A stretch of DNA of 63,593 bases, counting the filler, from Craspedostauros australis (taxonomy: Eukaryota), in assembly GCA_030167865.1 (NCBI GenBank). It is 15 parts of 15 records of this genome, joined end to end, with 100 filler letters (N's around TTAATTAATTAA, not from the genome) between each part and the next. Parts side by side here need not be neighbours in the genome. Positions count along the whole stretch, not along the records: positions 60,697 to 63,593 come from JALAGF010006531.1; 14 more parts are not named here. One strand, given 5' to 3'. The stretch's first letter is position 1. Each line of letters opens with the position of its first letter. Below, in pieces: positions 60,697 through 63,593 of this stretch. Under the pieces are notes generated by a model that was not told where the DNA came from, ran no database searches, and saw only the letters and a program-made list of their open reading frames with translations. Position numbers and translations under genes: made by a program.

Positions 60697-62470
60697 CAAC
60701 AACTGCATCCCACAGAAGGATTGGGCCAACATCGAGCAACACGCATACTCCGTGAACATCATCGAGCCACAGCCAGATGCTACCAACTTCCCAGCTTATG
60801 TTGACTGGCAACTCATGAGCTACTTCGCCACAGGCGCCGACCTCGACATCTCTGAGCGAACGGCAGCGTACAAGGCTTCCACCTCCGACCCAGACACACT
60901 CTCCTTCGACGAGGCCATCCGTGATGATAATAGGGACGCATGGATGCAAGCAGCGAACAAGGAAATCCAAGATCTCACCGAAAAGGGTACATGGGAGGAA
61001 GTCGACAAGAACACCGTGCCCTATGGAGAAAGAATCTACCCAGGTACGTGGGTCTTCCGCCGCAAACGCCTCCCCGACGGTACAATCAAGAAGTACAAGG
61101 GTCGATGGTGCTGCCGCGGCGATCTCATCCTCGAAGATGCTTCGACTTATGCGCCAGTCGTGGCATGGTCCTCCGTCCGCATCTTCCTGATCACATCCAT
61201 CGTCCTGGGATGGGTCACGACATCAATCGACTTCACCAACGCCTTCGTCCAAGCCGAAATTCACAAACCGGTGTTCCTCCATCTACCACGAGGATTCAAG
61301 TCAAGCAAGGGGTCGAACACCTGTCTTGTCCTCAGAAAGAGTCTATACGGCCTCACCATCGCCCCTCGCCTGTGGTACGAACACCTCATTCGAGCTCTCC
61401 TTGCTGAAGGATTCACGGCCTGTGACCAGGAGCAGTGCCTCTTCATCCGCGAAGGCATCATGATAGTGCTCTACGTCGATGACGCTGGCATCGCATCCAA
61501 GACCAAGAAATTTGCAGACGACTTCATCCGCTCCATGCGAAACCGAGGATTCGAACTCACCCAGGAAGGAAGCTTCAACGAGTTCCTCGGTATCGAAGTC
61601 AACCGTGACCCACAAGCCGACTACATCCACTTGCGGCAGCCAGGGCTCATTCAAAAGGTGCTCGCGGCGACAGGCATGACGGAATGCGGCGGAGCTGCCA
61701 CACCTGCGGCTCAAACCGCACTCGGCAGGAACGAGCATGAGCCACCCATGGACGAAAATTGGAACTACCGCTCTGTGGTGGGCATGCTACTCTACCTCAC
61801 TACCAACACGCGTCCAGACCTCGCATTCGCTGTCTCCCAAGTCGCTCGCTTCGGAAGCGACCCTCGTCGCTCGCACGCAAAAGCGATTAAGCGAATTATG
61901 CGATACTTGAAGGCTACGCAGGACAAGGGCACCATCATACGCCCCACTGGACAACTGGACCTCACGTGCTTCGTTGACTCCGACTTCGCAGGACTCTACA
62001 GACAAGAGCCCGACCAGGATCGCACAGCGGTCAAGTCGCGTACCGGATACCTCATCAAACTAGGAGGATGTCCGCTCATCTGGAAGTCCAAGCTTCAAAC
62101 GGAGATCGCGCTCTCAACAATGGAGGCTGAGTATGCTGCGCTTTCCCTCGCAATGCGCACCCTCATTCCGATTCAACAGCTAATCCGCCAGGTCATCGAC
62201 AACGCAGGCACAGACATGCCTCTGCACACAAACCTTCAGTGCACTGTCTTCGAAGACAATGAAGCATGTATCTCACTCGCCACCAATCACCAACCCACTG
62301 CTCGAACCAAACACTTCCTCACCAAGTGGCACTTCTTCTGGTATTGGGTNAAGGCTGGGTTCATCTGTGTACAACACATCCCNACAGGCGAGCAGCTGGC
62401 CGATGTCTTCACCAAGGGATCAATCGTCCAGACCTTCCAGTACTTGCGATTCCAAATCATGGGATGGTAA
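60697..62470 (+). mobile_element. Ty1/copia RT-RNase H, uninterrupted frame, followed by a polypurine tract
   Basis: GTWVFRRKR..KYKGR, TYAPVV, DFTNAFVQA, KSLYGL, YVDD, VDSDFAG, LSTMEAEY, FEDN, QLADVFTK. PPT GAGAGGGAGAG at 62541-62551. Confidence 0.95.
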
Positions 62471-62617
62471 GAGAGGCATTCATACATCAACCACGGATGA
62501 AGTTTTCACCGATGTCATGATCTCACTGCGACTCAACACTGAGAGGGAGAGTTGAAGTTCATCTAAANNNNNNNNNNNNNNNNNNNNNNNNNNNNNNNNN
62601 NNNNNNNNNNNNNNNNN

Positions 62618-63175
62618 CAAGTCGCGTACCGGATACCTCATCAAACTGGGAGGATGTCCGCTCATCTGGAAGTCCAAGCTTCAAACGGAGATCGCGCTCT
62701 CTACAATGGAGGCTGAGTACGCTGCGCTTTCCCTAGCAATGCGCACCCTCATCCCGATTCAACAGCTCATCCGCCAGGTCATCGACAACGCTGGCACAGA
62801 CATGCCCTTGCACACAAACCTTCAGTGCACTGTCTTCGAAGACAACGAAGCATGCATCTCACTCGCCACCAATCACCAACCCACGGCTCGAACCAAACAC
62901 TTCCTCACCAAGTGGCACTTCTTCTGGTATTGGGTCAAGGCTGGGTTCATCTGTGTACAACACATCCCGACAGGCGAGCAGCTGGCCGATGTCTTCACCA
63001 AGGGATCAATCGTCCAGACCTTTCGGTACCTGCGATTCCAAATCATGGGATGGTAAGAGAAACATTCGCACATCAACCACGGATGAAGTTTTCACCGATG
63101 TCACGATTCTCACTGCGACTCAACACTGAGAGGGAGAGTTGAAGTTCATCTAAAGAACGGACTACTTTTCACTCA
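62618..63175 (+). mobile_element. Second, slightly diverged copy of the RNase H end, PPT and LTR start
   Basis: Duplicate of 62032-62567 with mostly synonymous substitutions. PPT at 63128-63138. Confidence 0.85.
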
Positions 63176-63203
63176 GTGTGTTCCTTGTCGCACCTTGAAA
63201 TTA

Positions 63204-63350
63204 TTTTGGCGCGAAATTTTGGCGCGAAAACTCCCACCAACAAATACGGAACAATCGCTCTTTTCCCTCCTTCTCCCACACTCATTCATGAATCACCACT
63301 GACTCAAACACTATCCGAAGTCAGTGGGATCAAGATACCCTGGGAACTAT
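63204..63350. repeat. Family Z segment with two tandem E2F-like sites
   Basis: TTTTGGCGCGAAA twice (63204-63230). Diverged inverse homolog of 8393-8535. Confidence 0.6.
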
Positions 63351-63593
63351 GTGCTCTCCTGAACTATTGTAATGCAGCCAACCTGAATTCCGTTGTCAGC
63401 TAAACAACCTGACAACCTTGCATGACAACAGCCAAGAGATCCTCCCTGCTTCAACACACGCAGGGAATCTTACATCAATTCCTGCGGCCTGACAACCTGT
63501 GTTCTCGACCCCAAACCTCAATCAAGGTGTCAAGGCTTAGTACTCGAACGTAGAACGACTACGATGAGATACTGGAGAAAGAGAGAAAGAGAG

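Overview
Eukaryotic, diatom-like (stramenopile) draft-genome sequence. The window is not one locus. It is 15 small unplaced scaffolds joined by 14 artificial 100-nt linkers (N44-TTAATTAATTAA-N44), so synteny across linkers is meaningless, and many N-gaps are flanked by unmerged duplicate sequence. Most of the DNA is transposon debris: Ty1/copia fragments of several lineages (including diatom CoDi-type gag/PR/IN/RT/RH), at least five LTR families (solo, nested and self-nested), TA-flanked MITE-like elements with palindromic subtermini, an intron-containing PIF/Harbinger/ISL2EU-type transposase, dyad-rich minisatellites, and a long decayed gene with SET-like motifs. Host genes are a PTPS-III-type pterin synthase, a spliced pyruvate kinase with a mitochondrial-type presequence, a large STAND-like AAA ATPase/helical-repeat protein, a PAP/fibrillin-domain protein, a PPR exon, a DUF4215-type Cys-rich repeat fragment and a TLDc pseudogene. 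The most interesting signal is a ~220-bp TG..CA LTR-like element, present three times. It carries a complete Pol III-type tRNA-like cassette (TATA, CAA, A box, B box, T-run), suggesting a Cassandra/Helenus-style small-RNA-gene-bearing retroelement in a diatom. All calls were made by eye, with no database searches.
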